This document shows positions 43,688 to 53,460 of a stretch of 64,000 nt of DNA, piece by piece. The notes beneath the pieces were generated by a model, which saw only the letters and a list, made by a program, of their open reading frames with translations, was not told where the DNA came from and ran no database searches. This DNA is from Gammaproteobacteria bacterium (GTDB lineage Bacteria; Pseudomonadota; Gammaproteobacteria; Ga0077536): positions 1,760,001 through 1,824,000 of the forward strand of contig CAXXLL010000002.1 in the NCBI GenBank assembly GCA_963662545.2, written 5' to 3'. The position numbers and the translations under genes were made by a program. Position 1 is the stretch's first letter. Every line of letters begins with the position of its first letter.

Positions 43688-44473
43688 ATGCCGATACACG
43701 AAGAACACCTGATCCGCCCGGAAGACCTGATCACTCACGACAACCTCGTGCTCGACGGAGTCGACGTGTCCGGCGATTGGAGCACCTTCATCGAGTCGCG
43801 GGTTGTGACCGATTACAACGAGGCGCTCGAAGACGAAATCGCCTCGCTGCCCGGGGGCGAGTACATCCATCGCTGCTGGCAATGCGGCTCGTGCACCAAT
43901 GCATGTCCGGTCTACGCCTTGAATCCCGATTTCAATCCACGCTACTGGATCTACCTCATCCGTATGGGCATGGAATCGGAATTGCTGCGCGACAAGGACA
44001 TCATCTGGCAGTGTGTATCCTGCAATCAATGCACCTACGTCTGCCCGCGTGACGTCATACCCGAAGGGGTCATGAAGGCAACTGCCCATTGGCTGGAATT
44101 GAAGGGTCATACGACGACGAGCCCCTCGAAACACTTCGACGAAGAATTCACCGACCAGGTGGTGGCCACCGGTAAAATCGAAGAAGGTCGGATCCTGAGA
44201 GGATTTTTCAAGCGCACGGGACAGGGGCTGATACACGACTGGCTGATCGCGATGATGATCAAAATGGTGTGGCATGTTCCGATGCAGATGCTCACCGCCA
44301 TGGGCCTCGCCAACTTCATTCGACCACGCACGCGAAACTGGGGGCCGGCGCGTGCAGCCATACAGGAATACGTCGACGAGAAAAATCACGAGCATCGTCG
44401 GGCCCTCAACCTGACGGAACTTACCGAGATCGCCGCCAGTGAACTCGACCGGCCCGAGCCACCAGCTCGATAG
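43688..44473 (+). CDS. shdrC2: sHdr subunit C2
   Basis: CWQCGSCTNACP and CVSCNQCTYVCP. Confidence 0.92.
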   Translation: MPIHEEHLIRPEDLITHDNLVLDGVDVSGDWSTFIESRVVTDYNEALEDEIASLPGGEYIHRCWQCGSCTNACPVYALNPDFNPRYWIYLIRMGMESELLRDKDIIWQCVSCNQCTYVCPRDVIPEGVMKATAHWLELKGHTTTSPSKHFDEEFTDQVVATGKIEEGRILRGFFKRTGQGLIHDWLIAMMIKMVWHVPMQMLTAMGLANFIRPRTRNWGPARAAIQEYVDEKNHEHRRALNLTELTEIAASELDRPEPPAR

Positions 44474-44479
44474 GAATAA

Positions 44480-45418
44480 ATGATGCGCGCAAAGATCAAA
44501 AAGTACCACCGAATCGCCTATTATCCCGGCTGCGCGCTGGACGGCTCCGGCCACCCGTACAACCGCTCGACTAAGGCCGTGGGCAAGGCGCTCGGTCTCC
44601 AGCTCGACGAAGTCAAGAACTGGAACTGCTGCGGAGCGATGGAGGTCAAGAACATCGATCCCAAGCTGCAGACTTACCTGTCGTCGCGCGTCATGTCGAT
44701 TGCGAGCCAGGAAATGGGGCACGATGTGGTCCTGGCGCCGTGCAACGGCTGCTATTTCAATTTGAAAATGGCCGAATACGAGCTGACGAACGATGCGGAT
44801 TCGCGTGAAGTTACCGAGCGGCTGTCGAAAAAGGCGGGTCACGGCACCTATAAGGCCGGCGATGTCGAAACCATTCACGCGCTCGACTGGATCAAGGAGG
44901 CCATCGGTGAAGAAGAGCTCGCATCCATGGTCAAGCACTCCTTGAGCGGTCTTAAGATCGCCAACTACTACGGGTGCATGTATACCCGTCCGCGCCACAT
45001 TTTTCCCGAGAAGGACAAGGGCCCGGGATCCGAATCCACCCTGGCACCGCATTTCATGGATGACCTGCTGGCGGCGGCGGGTGCGGAGAACGTCGATTTC
45101 CCGCTGAAAACGGCCTGTTGCGGCGGCGCCCATACGCTGTCTGACTGCGACACCTCGACCCGCCTCGTGATCAATATTCTCAATGCCGCGGAGGCGGCCG
45201 GCGCTGACATCATCGCCACCGAGTGCCCGACCTGTCATGCCGGGCTCGAGATGCACCAGATCCGCGCGGAAAAGAAATTCAACGTAAAGACCCAGGTGAA
45301 GATGCTCTACTTCACACAGTTGCTGGGCCTCGCCCTGGGCTTAAGCCCGCGTAAGGTCGGAGTCCACGAGAATATCTCCGATTCGATGGCCATGGTGCGA
45401 GAACGCATATTAAAGTGA
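44480..45418 (+). CDS. shdrB2: sHdr subunit B2
   Basis: YYPGC, WNCCGA, PCNGC, YYGC, CCGG, ECPTC. Confidence 0.92.
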   Translation: MMRAKIKKYHRIAYYPGCALDGSGHPYNRSTKAVGKALGLQLDEVKNWNCCGAMEVKNIDPKLQTYLSSRVMSIASQEMGHDVVLAPCNGCYFNLKMAEYELTNDADSREVTERLSKKAGHGTYKAGDVETIHALDWIKEAIGEEELASMVKHSLSGLKIANYYGCMYTRPRHIFPEKDKGPGSESTLAPHFMDDLLAAAGAENVDFPLKTACCGGAHTLSDCDTSTRLVINILNAAEAAGADIIATECPTCHAGLEMHQIRAEKKFNVKTQVKMLYFTQLLGLALGLSPRKVGVHENISDSMAMVRERILK

Positions 45419-45834
45419 ATTCGCTCGATGACATCGGCCAGGCTATCGATTTGCTCATGGCCGACCCGGTTCCCGCGGAACCATTCGCCGCGAACCTGCG
45501 CGCTCTCGGTGAGTCGATACTCGTCCATTGGCTCATAGCGCACGGGCAGGACCCGACTACCGACGAGCACGAAGGGTTCAGACTGCTGGCGCTGCACCGG
45601 CAGGGTGCCAAGGCGGACGTGAGCTTCAATGCCTGCCGGGAGACCTGTCGCGAGCTGGTTTATCATTACAACCTGCTGACGCTCGACCCCGCCCACGAAC
45701 GAACGGCCGAGCGCAAACAGATGATGTACTACGTGGCGAAGCACCTGTTTCTGTTCATCAGCGGCAAACTCGAGGTGCAGAAACTCGGTGATTTTTGCTG
45801 TTCGTCGAAGCCGCTGCGCCAGGGAACGGCCTGA
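45415..45834 (+). CDS. shdrI: sHdrI-like hypothetical protein
   Basis: Syntenic position between shdrB2 and lbpA; FNACRETCRE and FCCSS Cys motifs. Confidence 0.65.
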   Translation: MNSLDDIGQAIDLLMADPVPAEPFAANLRALGESILVHWLIAHGQDPTTDEHEGFRLLALHRQGAKADVSFNACRETCRELVYHYNLLTLDPAHERTAERKQMMYYVAKHLFLFISGKLEVQKLGDFCCSSKPLRQGTA

Positions 45835-45867
45835 TAAAAAGAATCGCTAACGCTCGGAGAGTCAACT

Positions 45868-46314
45868 ATGCCAATCGTTCGCGGATGTGAACTCCCCGAT
45901 GAGTTGCTGTATGACGTCGAGAATCACACGTGGTTCGAGGAACTCGGTGATGGTAACGTCAAGATCGGAATGACGGCTGTGGCGGCGGCGATGGCCGGCG
46001 AACTCGTGGCTGTCACGCCGAAGAAAGTGGGACGGGCGGTCAAGGCCGGAAAATCATGCGCGACGATCGAATCAGGCAAGTGGGTCGGTCCGGCGCGATC
46101 GGTTGCCGCGGGCGAGGTCGTTGCGGTCAACGAAGCACTGGTTGATACGCCGAGTATCGTCAACGAGGATCCTTACGGTGCGGGATGGATAGTCGTGCTC
46201 AAACCGGAAGACTGGGCATCGGTTAAATCGGGGCTCACGCCCGGAACCGAGGTCAGTCCCGTGTACGAGGCCAAGATGGACGCCGATGAGTTCGCGGGCT
46301 GTGACGCCGAGTAG
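45868..46314 (+). CDS. lbpA: Lipoate-binding protein LbpA (GcvH-like)
   Basis: VRGCELP, TIESGKWVGP lipoyl-Lys motif, NEDPYGAGW, N- and C-terminal Cys. Confidence 0.9.
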   Translation: MPIVRGCELPDELLYDVENHTWFEELGDGNVKIGMTAVAAAMAGELVAVTPKKVGRAVKAGKSCATIESGKWVGPARSVAAGEVVAVNEALVDTPSIVNEDPYGAGWIVVLKPEDWASVKSGLTPGTEVSPVYEAKMDADEFAGCDAE

Positions 46315-46320
46315 CTGGTT

Positions 46321-47412
46321 TTGGAGGAACTGCGAGAACAGATCCTAGAAGCCGCTCCGCTGTACCTCGCCTGGGGCGGCTTCGTCATCGGCGCGGTGTT
46401 CGGCTTCGTTGTCCAGCGAACCAACTTCTGTGCGATGGGTTCCATTTCGGACATCGTTTCCTTCGGTGACTACCGCAGGTTCAGAGCCTGGCTTCTGGCT
46501 GGCGCCGTCGCCATCGTCGGGACCCAGCTACTGAGTCATTTCGAGATCGTCGACCTCACGAATTCGCGCTATCTCGGTTCGAGCATCAACTGGCTGGGGA
46601 ACATTCTCGGCGGACTCGTGTTCGGTTTTGGAATGGTGCTCGCGGGCGGCTGTAGCAGCCGCAACCTCGTACGCCTGGGCGGCGGCGATATTCGCGCAGG
46701 GGTGGTCCTGTTGGTCGTCGGTCTGTTCGCCTATATGACGGTCGGCGGCATTATCGGGCCCGGCCGCGCGTTGCTCGAAAATAACACGGCCATCGGCCTT
46801 GCAGACGATGCGACGCAGTCCGTGGCGTCGCTCTTGTCTGGCGCCACGGGCGCCGGTGAAACCACGCTGAGCGGGATCGTCGCCGGTGCGCTAGCGCTCG
46901 GCATACTTATTTATTGCCTGGCGGATCCGCGCTTTCGCACATCATTACCGCACCTCATCGGCGGCATCGGCGTGGGTCTGTGCGTCGTTGCCGGCTGGGC
47001 CTTGACGGGCCTGGCCTATGATGAGTTCGCGGATGCGCCCGTCAACCCTCTGTCGCTGAGCTATGTGCGCCCGACCGGCGACACGATGGAATACCTCGAG
47101 CGCTTCACGGCCAACGTGGTGCCGGGGTTTGGCGTAGCCACGGTATTCGGCGCGCTGGCGGGTGCGCTCACAGCGGCCCTGCTCACGGGCAAATTCCGTT
47201 TGACCGGATTTGCCGACTCCGGCGATACCCTGCGCAATCTTGGCGGCGGTGCCTTGATGGGCATCGGCGGGATCACCGCGCTCGGTTGCACTATCGGTCA
47301 GGGAGTGACGGGTGTTTCAACACTGGCCGTCGGTTCCCTATTGGCTTTGATCGCGATAATCGCAGGTGGCGTACTCGGTATGAAATTCATGGAGCGCATC
47401 CTGCTGGGGTGA
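46321..47412 (+). CDS. YeeE/YedE-family sulfur transporter (SoxT-like)
   Basis: QRTNFCAMG, GMVLAGGCSS, ALGCTIGQG; many TM helices. Confidence 0.88.
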   Translation: MEELREQILEAAPLYLAWGGFVIGAVFGFVVQRTNFCAMGSISDIVSFGDYRRFRAWLLAGAVAIVGTQLLSHFEIVDLTNSRYLGSSINWLGNILGGLVFGFGMVLAGGCSSRNLVRLGGGDIRAGVVLLVVGLFAYMTVGGIIGPGRALLENNTAIGLADDATQSVASLLSGATGAGETTLSGIVAGALALGILIYCLADPRFRTSLPHLIGGIGVGLCVVAGWALTGLAYDEFADAPVNPLSLSYVRPTGDTMEYLERFTANVVPGFGVATVFGALAGALTAALLTGKFRLTGFADSGDTLRNLGGGALMGIGGITALGCTIGQGVTGVSTLAVGSLLALIAIIAGGVLGMKFMERILLG

Positions 47413-47565
47413 ACCGGAGTAGAAAGAAAAAGCCATTTAACATGGCTTTCTCACGGCGAACGACCGGCCATGGATGACTGGGCCAAACGAAGGCAGGCGA
47501 GTGCTGCCAGGGATGGCAGCTACGGCATGATTCACATGGCCGACGGTCCCGGAATTCCACCGGTT

Positions 47566-50500
47566 TTACCCGTGCTCACCTTCGCCCAAGTCGTCAGAAA
47601 GATTCAACAGCGCCGCGTTGCCGCCGATCGCCGCTGTGTTCACGGTCGAAGTTTTTTCCACCGAATAGCGTAAAAGCGTGTGCGGACCGCCGGCTTTCGG
47701 TCCGGTGCCGGACAGGCCCATGCCGCCGAAGGGCTGGCAGCCGACCACCGCGCCGATCATGTCGCGATTGACGTAGCAGTTACCGGTGCGCACGCGTTGG
47801 CGGATGGTCTCCGTAGTGCTTTCGATACGGCTGTGGATGCCCAGGGTCAGGCCGTACCCGGTGGCGTTGATGGCGTCGATCACGTGATCGAGTTCGTCGC
47901 CGCGATAGCGAACGAGATGCAGGATCGGGCCGAAAACTTCGCCTTCGAGTCGTTCGATGCCTTCGATCTCGACTACTGCGGGAGCGAAGAAAAATCCGCG
48001 GGCAGCGATCTCGGGCAGTTTACAGCGGTGCAGCAGGATGCCGTCCACGGCGATCGATTCGAGATGCTGATCGAGTCGCTCGCGCGCAGCCCGGTCGATT
48101 ACGGGGCCGACGTCAGTGGTGAGCTTCATGGGATCGCCTATGACGAGTTCGTCCATGGTTCCGCGCAGCAGTGCGATGCTGCGCTCGGCGATCTCTTCCT
48201 GCAGGTAAAGGACCCGTAATGCTGAGCAGCGTTGACCGGCGCTGTTGAACGCCGATTCGACGACGTCGTGGATCAGTTGCTCCGGAAGAGCGGAGCTGTC
48301 CGCAATCATCGCGTTGAGCCCGCCGGTTTCGGCGATGAATGCCGCGATGGGCGCGTCTCTCGCGGCCAGGGTTCGGTTAATCACCCGGGCAGTTTCGGTC
48401 GAACCCGTAAATGCGACCCCGGCTACGTGGGGGTCTTTGACGAGCGCCGCGCCGAGGTCACCATCACCCGGCGTGAAGGCCAGCGCCGCTGCGGGCACGC
48501 CCGCCTGATGGAACAACTCCGTTACCCGGTATGCCACGAGGCTCGTTTGCTCGGCCGGCTTCGCGACGACGCTGTTGCCCGCGGCCAACGCCGCAGCGAT
48601 CTGCCCGGTGAAAATGGCGAGGGGAAAATTCCAGGGACTAATACAGACGAACGGGCCGCGACCCGTCAGGTACAGTTCGTTGCGTTCGCCCGTAGGTCCG
48701 GGCAAGGTGATCGCGTGCGCGAACTGTTGCCGGCACAGGCCAGCGTAATACCGCAGAAAATCCACCGCTTCGCGCACCTCGACGTGTGCGTCGCGCAGGG
48801 TTTTGCCGGCTTCACAAATGCATAGATACACGAGCTCAACGTGATTTTTCTCAATCAAATCGGCCGTGCCTTCGAGTGTTTGCGCCCGCTCGCCCGCCGG
48901 GCGTGCGTTCCACGGAGCGAACCCCGCGGCCGCGGCGTTGAGCGCCGCCCGTGCCGTTTGCGCATCAGCGAAGCTCACTGTCCCAATCGCACGTTCGAAT
49001 TTCGCGGGCTCGAAGACCTCTTCGGGGCTACCCTCGAACGCAGTTTCGGACACGATGGCACCTGCGTGCCAGCGGCGGCTTTTCAGCGTAGCGAGATCGG
49101 ATTCCAGAGCGTTCATTTCCGATTGGTTCGCGAAATTGATGCCGCTGGAATTGCGCCGGGCGCTAAAAAGATCCACCGGCAGCGGAATGTCTGCCCGTCG
49201 TTCGATATTGCCCCACTCTACGGCCAAATCCACGGGATCAGCGACGATGTCATCGATCGCGATTCGTTCATCGGCGATTTGATTGACGAACGAGGTATTC
49301 GCGCCATTTTCGAGCAGGCGTCTCACGAGGTAGGGCAGCAGGTCTTCGTGGGCGCCGACCGGCGCGTAAACCCGCACCGGATCGCTTCGTCCAGATGCTT
49401 TTAACACGGTTTCATACAACGCTTCACCCATGCCATGCAGCCGCTGGAATTCGAATGAGCGCCCGCGAGCATGGGCTTGGACATAAGCGATCGTGTGGGC
49501 GTTATGCGATGCGAATTGAGGATCGAGGTCCGGACAGTCTTCCAACAGCACCCGTACGCATGCAAGGTACGAAACGTCGGTATGGCATTTGCGCGTGAAG
49601 ACCGGGTAGTTGGCGAGCCCCTGCTGCTGCGCACGTTTGATTTCGGTATCCCAGTAAGCCCCCTTGACCAGGCGAACAGGAATGCGCCGACCCTCCCTGG
49701 CGGCGAGGTTCTGCAGCCAATACAGCAAGGGCAGCGCGCGTTTCTGGTAGGCCTGGACCGCGATCCCCAGCGCGTCCCAGCCGCTGCGGCCGTGGTTGCA
49801 ATAGACGTGCTCGAAGATCTGTAGGCTCATGGCGAGCCTGTCGGCTTCTTCCGCGTCGAGGGTCAGCCCGATGCCGACGGCGGCCGCCGCATTAGCGAGC
49901 CCCAGCATCCGCCCGCTCAACTCGGCGACGGCGCGTTCGCGCTGAGAATATTCGTAGCGCGGGCATAGGGCCGACAGCTTGATTGAAATCGAGGGCCGCG
50001 CCCCTAACGCCAGGCTTTGGGCGTCGTCGTTGCCGACGGCGGAGATCGCGTCTGCATAGGCTTGTTCATAGCGCATAGCATCTTCGCTCGTCAGCGCGGA
50101 TTCGCCCAGCATGTCGAAGGAATAGCGCTCGCCGTCGCTGCCTTCTGCGGCGGCGCGCCTGCAGGCGCCGTCGATATCGCGCGCCATGACGAATTGATGG
50201 GCCATGATGCGCATCGCGGCTTTCAACGCATTGCGGATCACCGGTTCCTCCAACTTGCCGGCGAGCTGCGCTAGGTAGTCCCGCGGCCGATGCCGTGCTT
50301 CTTCCCCGAATTCGAGCAGCTTACCGGTCAGCATCAACGCCCAGGTCGAGGCGTTTACGAACAATGACGGACTTTCCCCCAGGTGTCGTTCCCAATCGGC
50401 GCTTGTCAGTTTGTCGGCGATCAAGCGATCAGCAGTGTTGGCGTCGGGAATGCGCAGTAGGGATTCCGCCAGGCACATGAGTACCACGCCTTCCTGCGAA

Positions 50501-50742
50501 GAGAGATCGTAATAACGCAGAAACGCGTGTAGCCCGGACGTGTTTTTCTGGTGGCGCCGTACGCCCGCTACGAGTTCTCGCGCGGCGCGGTCGACGCTTG
50601 CCCGGCATTCGGAGGTGGTTCGCGCACGTTCGATCAAGACTTTGACTAACGCCGTCTCACTCGCGAGATAAAAAATGTCTAGTTCGCTCGATTGCGCTAT
50701 GGCAGCACTGAACAGTCCTCGAAGGCCATGCGCCGGCGACAC
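47566..50742 (-). CDS. putA: Bifunctional proline dehydrogenase / P5C dehydrogenase
   Basis: YSFDMLGE, VRLVKGAYWDTEIK, LVRRLLENGANTSF, ISPWNFPLAIF, AETGG, SAGQRCSA, GTGPKAGG. Confidence 0.96.
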   Translation of the reverse strand: MSPAHGLRGLFSAAIAQSSELDIFYLASETALVKVLIERARTTSECRASVDRAARELVAGVRRHQKNTSGLHAFLRYYDLSSQEGVVLMCLAESLLRIPDANTADRLIADKLTSADWERHLGESPSLFVNASTWALMLTGKLLEFGEEARHRPRDYLAQLAGKLEEPVIRNALKAAMRIMAHQFVMARDIDGACRRAAAEGSDGERYSFDMLGESALTSEDAMRYEQAYADAISAVGNDDAQSLALGARPSISIKLSALCPRYEYSQRERAVAELSGRMLGLANAAAAVGIGLTLDAEEADRLAMSLQIFEHVYCNHGRSGWDALGIAVQAYQKRALPLLYWLQNLAAREGRRIPVRLVKGAYWDTEIKRAQQQGLANYPVFTRKCHTDVSYLACVRVLLEDCPDLDPQFASHNAHTIAYVQAHARGRSFEFQRLHGMGEALYETVLKASGRSDPVRVYAPVGAHEDLLPYLVRRLLENGANTSFVNQIADERIAIDDIVADPVDLAVEWGNIERRADIPLPVDLFSARRNSSGINFANQSEMNALESDLATLKSRRWHAGAIVSETAFEGSPEEVFEPAKFERAIGTVSFADAQTARAALNAAAAGFAPWNARPAGERAQTLEGTADLIEKNHVELVYLCICEAGKTLRDAHVEVREAVDFLRYYAGLCRQQFAHAITLPGPTGERNELYLTGRGPFVCISPWNFPLAIFTGQIAAALAAGNSVVAKPAEQTSLVAYRVTELFHQAGVPAAALAFTPGDGDLGAALVKDPHVAGVAFTGSTETARVINRTLAARDAPIAAFIAETGGLNAMIADSSALPEQLIHDVVESAFNSAGQRCSALRVLYLQEEIAERSIALLRGTMDELVIGDPMKLTTDVGPVIDRAARERLDQHLESIAVDGILLHRCKLPEIAARGFFFAPAVVEIEGIERLEGEVFGPILHLVRYRGDELDHVIDAINATGYGLTLGIHSRIESTTETIRQRVRTGNCYVNRDMIGAVVGCQPFGGMGLSGTGPKAGGPHTLLRYSVEKTSTVNTAAIGGNAALLNLSDDLGEGEHG

Positions 50743-50745
50743 GGG

Positions 50746-51243
50746 CTAGAAAGGTACGACGGGACCGGCCCACGAATCATCGAGCGGCCGAGCGCGTAAA
50801 ATCGCGTCGCGTGCGTCTCCCCACCCTTCGCATCGGGTAAGGCCGCTACGGCCGCGATAACGGTTCAATATCCGCTTGCAGCGCGCATACAGCATAAAGA
50901 AGTTAAGGATCGCGCGGCGCTGGCGTGCGGTGATAGGGTCGCGGCTGCAGATGAGCTTGTCGTCGTAAATATCGCGGTCCATGAAACCGACCGAACCGTA
51001 CGCAGCAAGCCTCAAGGTCGCGCCGGGCGCAACCCGCGGCCCAAGAACCACAGCGTCGAGCAAGTCGCCGTCCAGGCCAATAGTGTCAGGAACGGATCCA
51101 TAGTTGAACGGGCAGGGTAGGGGGGACACGAAGTCAACCTGACCGCAGGAACCGCGCTTGAGAAAGCTGCCTCGCGGTATTTCGATGACGATTTCGACGA
51201 TCGGTGGTCGTCGCGTACGCGGTGGGTTTGCAGCTATGGTCAC
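50746..51243 (-). CDS. Short family I inorganic pyrophosphatase-like protein
   Basis: IEIPRGS, PFNYGSVPDT..DGDLLDAVV, DDKLI; start uncertain. Confidence 0.75.
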   Translation of the reverse strand: MTIAANPPRTRRPPIVEIVIEIPRGSFLKRGSCGQVDFVSPLPCPFNYGSVPDTIGLDGDLLDAVVLGPRVAPGATLRLAAYGSVGFMDRDIYDDKLICSRDPITARQRRAILNFFMLYARCKRILNRYRGRSGLTRCEGWGDARDAILRARPLDDSWAGPVVPF

Positions 51244-51640
51244 GTCGGGGGTTAAGGATTCTCGACAGCTAGGTGGGATTCGATTTGCCGATTTCCAGGA
51301 TAACGCGTCCGCCTTTGGTTCGGTACCGGGCGCTGCTCGCAAACAGGCATTCTGCAGCACCGACAAGATGAAACCGGGCCCACATTGTAAATTTCTGCAA
51401 CATTGACGGCGAAGAACCTGTCGCAGCCAGAACCGTGTGGCATAAGGTCAGTATCGCGCCGATCCCATCTACGGGGCCGGGTGCTATTCGGATAGGTAAA
51501 TCGCGCACTATGCTGTACCTTACACCCCCCCCCGGCAGACGGCTTGCCCAGCCGTGCCGTAGAGGCCACGCAGGCATGACGGGTTCGTGCTCGTCGGCAG
51601 CAGAACACGGTGCCCACGCGAAGAAAAATCTATAACGATA

Positions 51641-52702
51641 ATGGAATTTGGGGACGCTAAAGTTGCGGAGTTCAGGGGTGAGGTGCTCAAGGTGCTCCTC
51701 GTGGTCGCCATGTGCGTCTCTCCGGTGCTCATGCCTGCCTATCATTGGATTGGCATCGATATTTTGACGCTTGCCTGCGGCGTCTATTTCGTCGGCATGT
51801 CCACCATCCACTTCCAACTTCGCGCCGGCCGCTGGCAACAGGACACCTGCGTGCGCTTGTGTCTGGGCGCTACGCTCGTCCTCATGCTGCTCGGTCTTTA
51901 TACGGGCAGCGAACTGGTCGACAACAAACCCTGGCAAATGTTGTTTCCGATCGTGGCATTCGTTCTTGCTGGTTCACGCGAAGGTGTGTTCTGGTGTGTC
52001 GCTGCGCTGGTCGGAGCCGTTACGATTCTCTTTCTGCGCGGGTCGGAGTACGCATCATTGTCAATTTTCATTTTCGCGATCGCGCACATGACGACCTCGT
52101 TTGTCGTTTACGTATTTATGATGCGGAACGAAGCGAACATACGTACGATCAGCCGCCTGTCGCATACCGATCCGCTGACGAATACTTACAATCGTCAATT
52201 GTTTAACGAGCTTTCGATCAGCGAGCTCAATCGCGCGCGAAGAGCGGAAGAACCGCTGGCTTTCTACATGATTGATATCGACCACTTCAAGAAATATAAC
52301 GACCGTTACGGACACCTTGCGGGTGACCGGGCGCTCCGCAACGTCGCCGACGTCATTAAGCGGTCGGCACGGCGTGCGAGCGACCTGGTGTTCCGCTATG
52401 GCGGGGAAGAATTCTGCGTCGTATCTTCTGGCACGAGCATCCAGGAAGCCCGGTTCATGGCCAATAACATCATCGAAGGTGTACGTGCCCTTGGGTTCAA
52501 GCATGAAGAAGGTGAAAATGGACAGCTAACCGTTTCCATCGGGCTGAGCTACCATCAGGGGCTCGATGGCTGCTCGACAGACTTACTATTGGAGCGAGCC
52601 GACGACGCGCTTTACACGGCTAAAGCCGACGGCCGCGATCGCCTGGTACTCTATTCACCCACACAGCACCAACAGCTCGACTTACTTGAAGCCATCACAT
52701 GA
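51641..52702 (+). CDS. Membrane-anchored diguanylate cyclase (GGDEF)
   Basis: TM N-terminus; DIDHFKKYND, RASD I-site, RYGGEEF. Confidence 0.92.
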   Translation: MEFGDAKVAEFRGEVLKVLLVVAMCVSPVLMPAYHWIGIDILTLACGVYFVGMSTIHFQLRAGRWQQDTCVRLCLGATLVLMLLGLYTGSELVDNKPWQMLFPIVAFVLAGSREGVFWCVAALVGAVTILFLRGSEYASLSIFIFAIAHMTTSFVVYVFMMRNEANIRTISRLSHTDPLTNTYNRQLFNELSISELNRARRAEEPLAFYMIDIDHFKKYNDRYGHLAGDRALRNVADVIKRSARRASDLVFRYGGEEFCVVSSGTSIQEARFMANNIIEGVRALGFKHEEGENGQLTVSIGLSYHQGLDGCSTDLLLERADDALYTAKADGRDRLVLYSPTQHQQLDLLEAIT

Positions 52703-53445
52703 CGGAACCGCCCGCCGATCACTTTTCGGCAGCAGCTCCTGATTACGCTCGATTCAGGCCCCGGTATCCCGCTTCGCTCTTCGACTACCTCGCTTCACTC
52801 GTCACGGATCGTGATCTTGCGTGGGATTGCGCGACGGGTACCGGACAGGCCGTCGCGCCGCTGGTGGCAAGATTCAGGCACGTTGTCGCCAGCGACGTCA
52901 GTTTTGCGCAGGTAACGCAGGCAAACAGGCCTCCCGGCGTCACCTTCTTCGTCGCACGCGCCGAACGCGTGCCGTTGCGTGATGACTGCGTCAGCCTCGT
53001 CACGGTCGGTCAGGCACTGCACTGGTTCGATCGAGCGGCATTTTTTGCCGAAGTGAGGCGCATTCTCCGCCCGGATGGGATCCTCTCCGCCTGGACCTAT
53101 AATCTGTGTACCGTGGACGGTGATGTCGATAGCGTCGTAAACGTTTTCTATCGAGATATCCTCCGGCCCTACTGGCCCCCCGAACGCAGCCTGGTGGAAG
53201 ATTCCTACGATGCCATCGCTTTTCCTTTTGCGTCTACTGCCGTAGTGACGATGCAGATGTCGGCCCACTGGACGGTCGAGGAGTTGTTGAGTTATCTCGG
53301 GACCTGGTCGGCCGTTAAGCGTTACCGCGATGCCCGGCATGAGGATCCCGTCGATTGCATCCGGGCGACGCTGCGAGAGGCTTGGGGTGCGATAGATCGC
53401 CGCAGCGTGTCGTGGCCGCTGTGCATTCGCACCGCGCGCCGCTGA
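52699..53445 (+). CDS. Class I SAM-dependent methyltransferase
   Basis: YARFRPRYP, WDCATGTGQ, QALHWF. Confidence 0.9.
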   Translation: MTEPPADHFSAAAPDYARFRPRYPASLFDYLASLVTDRDLAWDCATGTGQAVAPLVARFRHVVASDVSFAQVTQANRPPGVTFFVARAERVPLRDDCVSLVTVGQALHWFDRAAFFAEVRRILRPDGILSAWTYNLCTVDGDVDSVVNVFYRDILRPYWPPERSLVEDSYDAIAFPFASTAVVTMQMSAHWTVEELLSYLGTWSAVKRYRDARHEDPVDCIRATLREAWGAIDRRSVSWPLCIRTARR

Positions 53446-53460
53446 ATTCGAGGCGGGAAC

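Noticed and set aside
43127-45256. 709-aa minus-strand ORF (similarly 12880-14547, 29124-30530, 11001-12191, 6257-7516)
   Set aside because: Antisense shadows of well-supported genes in high-GC DNA; no recognisable motifs.
39614-45418. Methanogen-type HdrABC or glycine cleavage system
   Set aside because: The C1B1A-H-C2B2 order, short HdrA, LbpA and lipS1/S2 identify the sulfur-oxidising sHdr type; no gcvT/gcvP or mvh genes are present.
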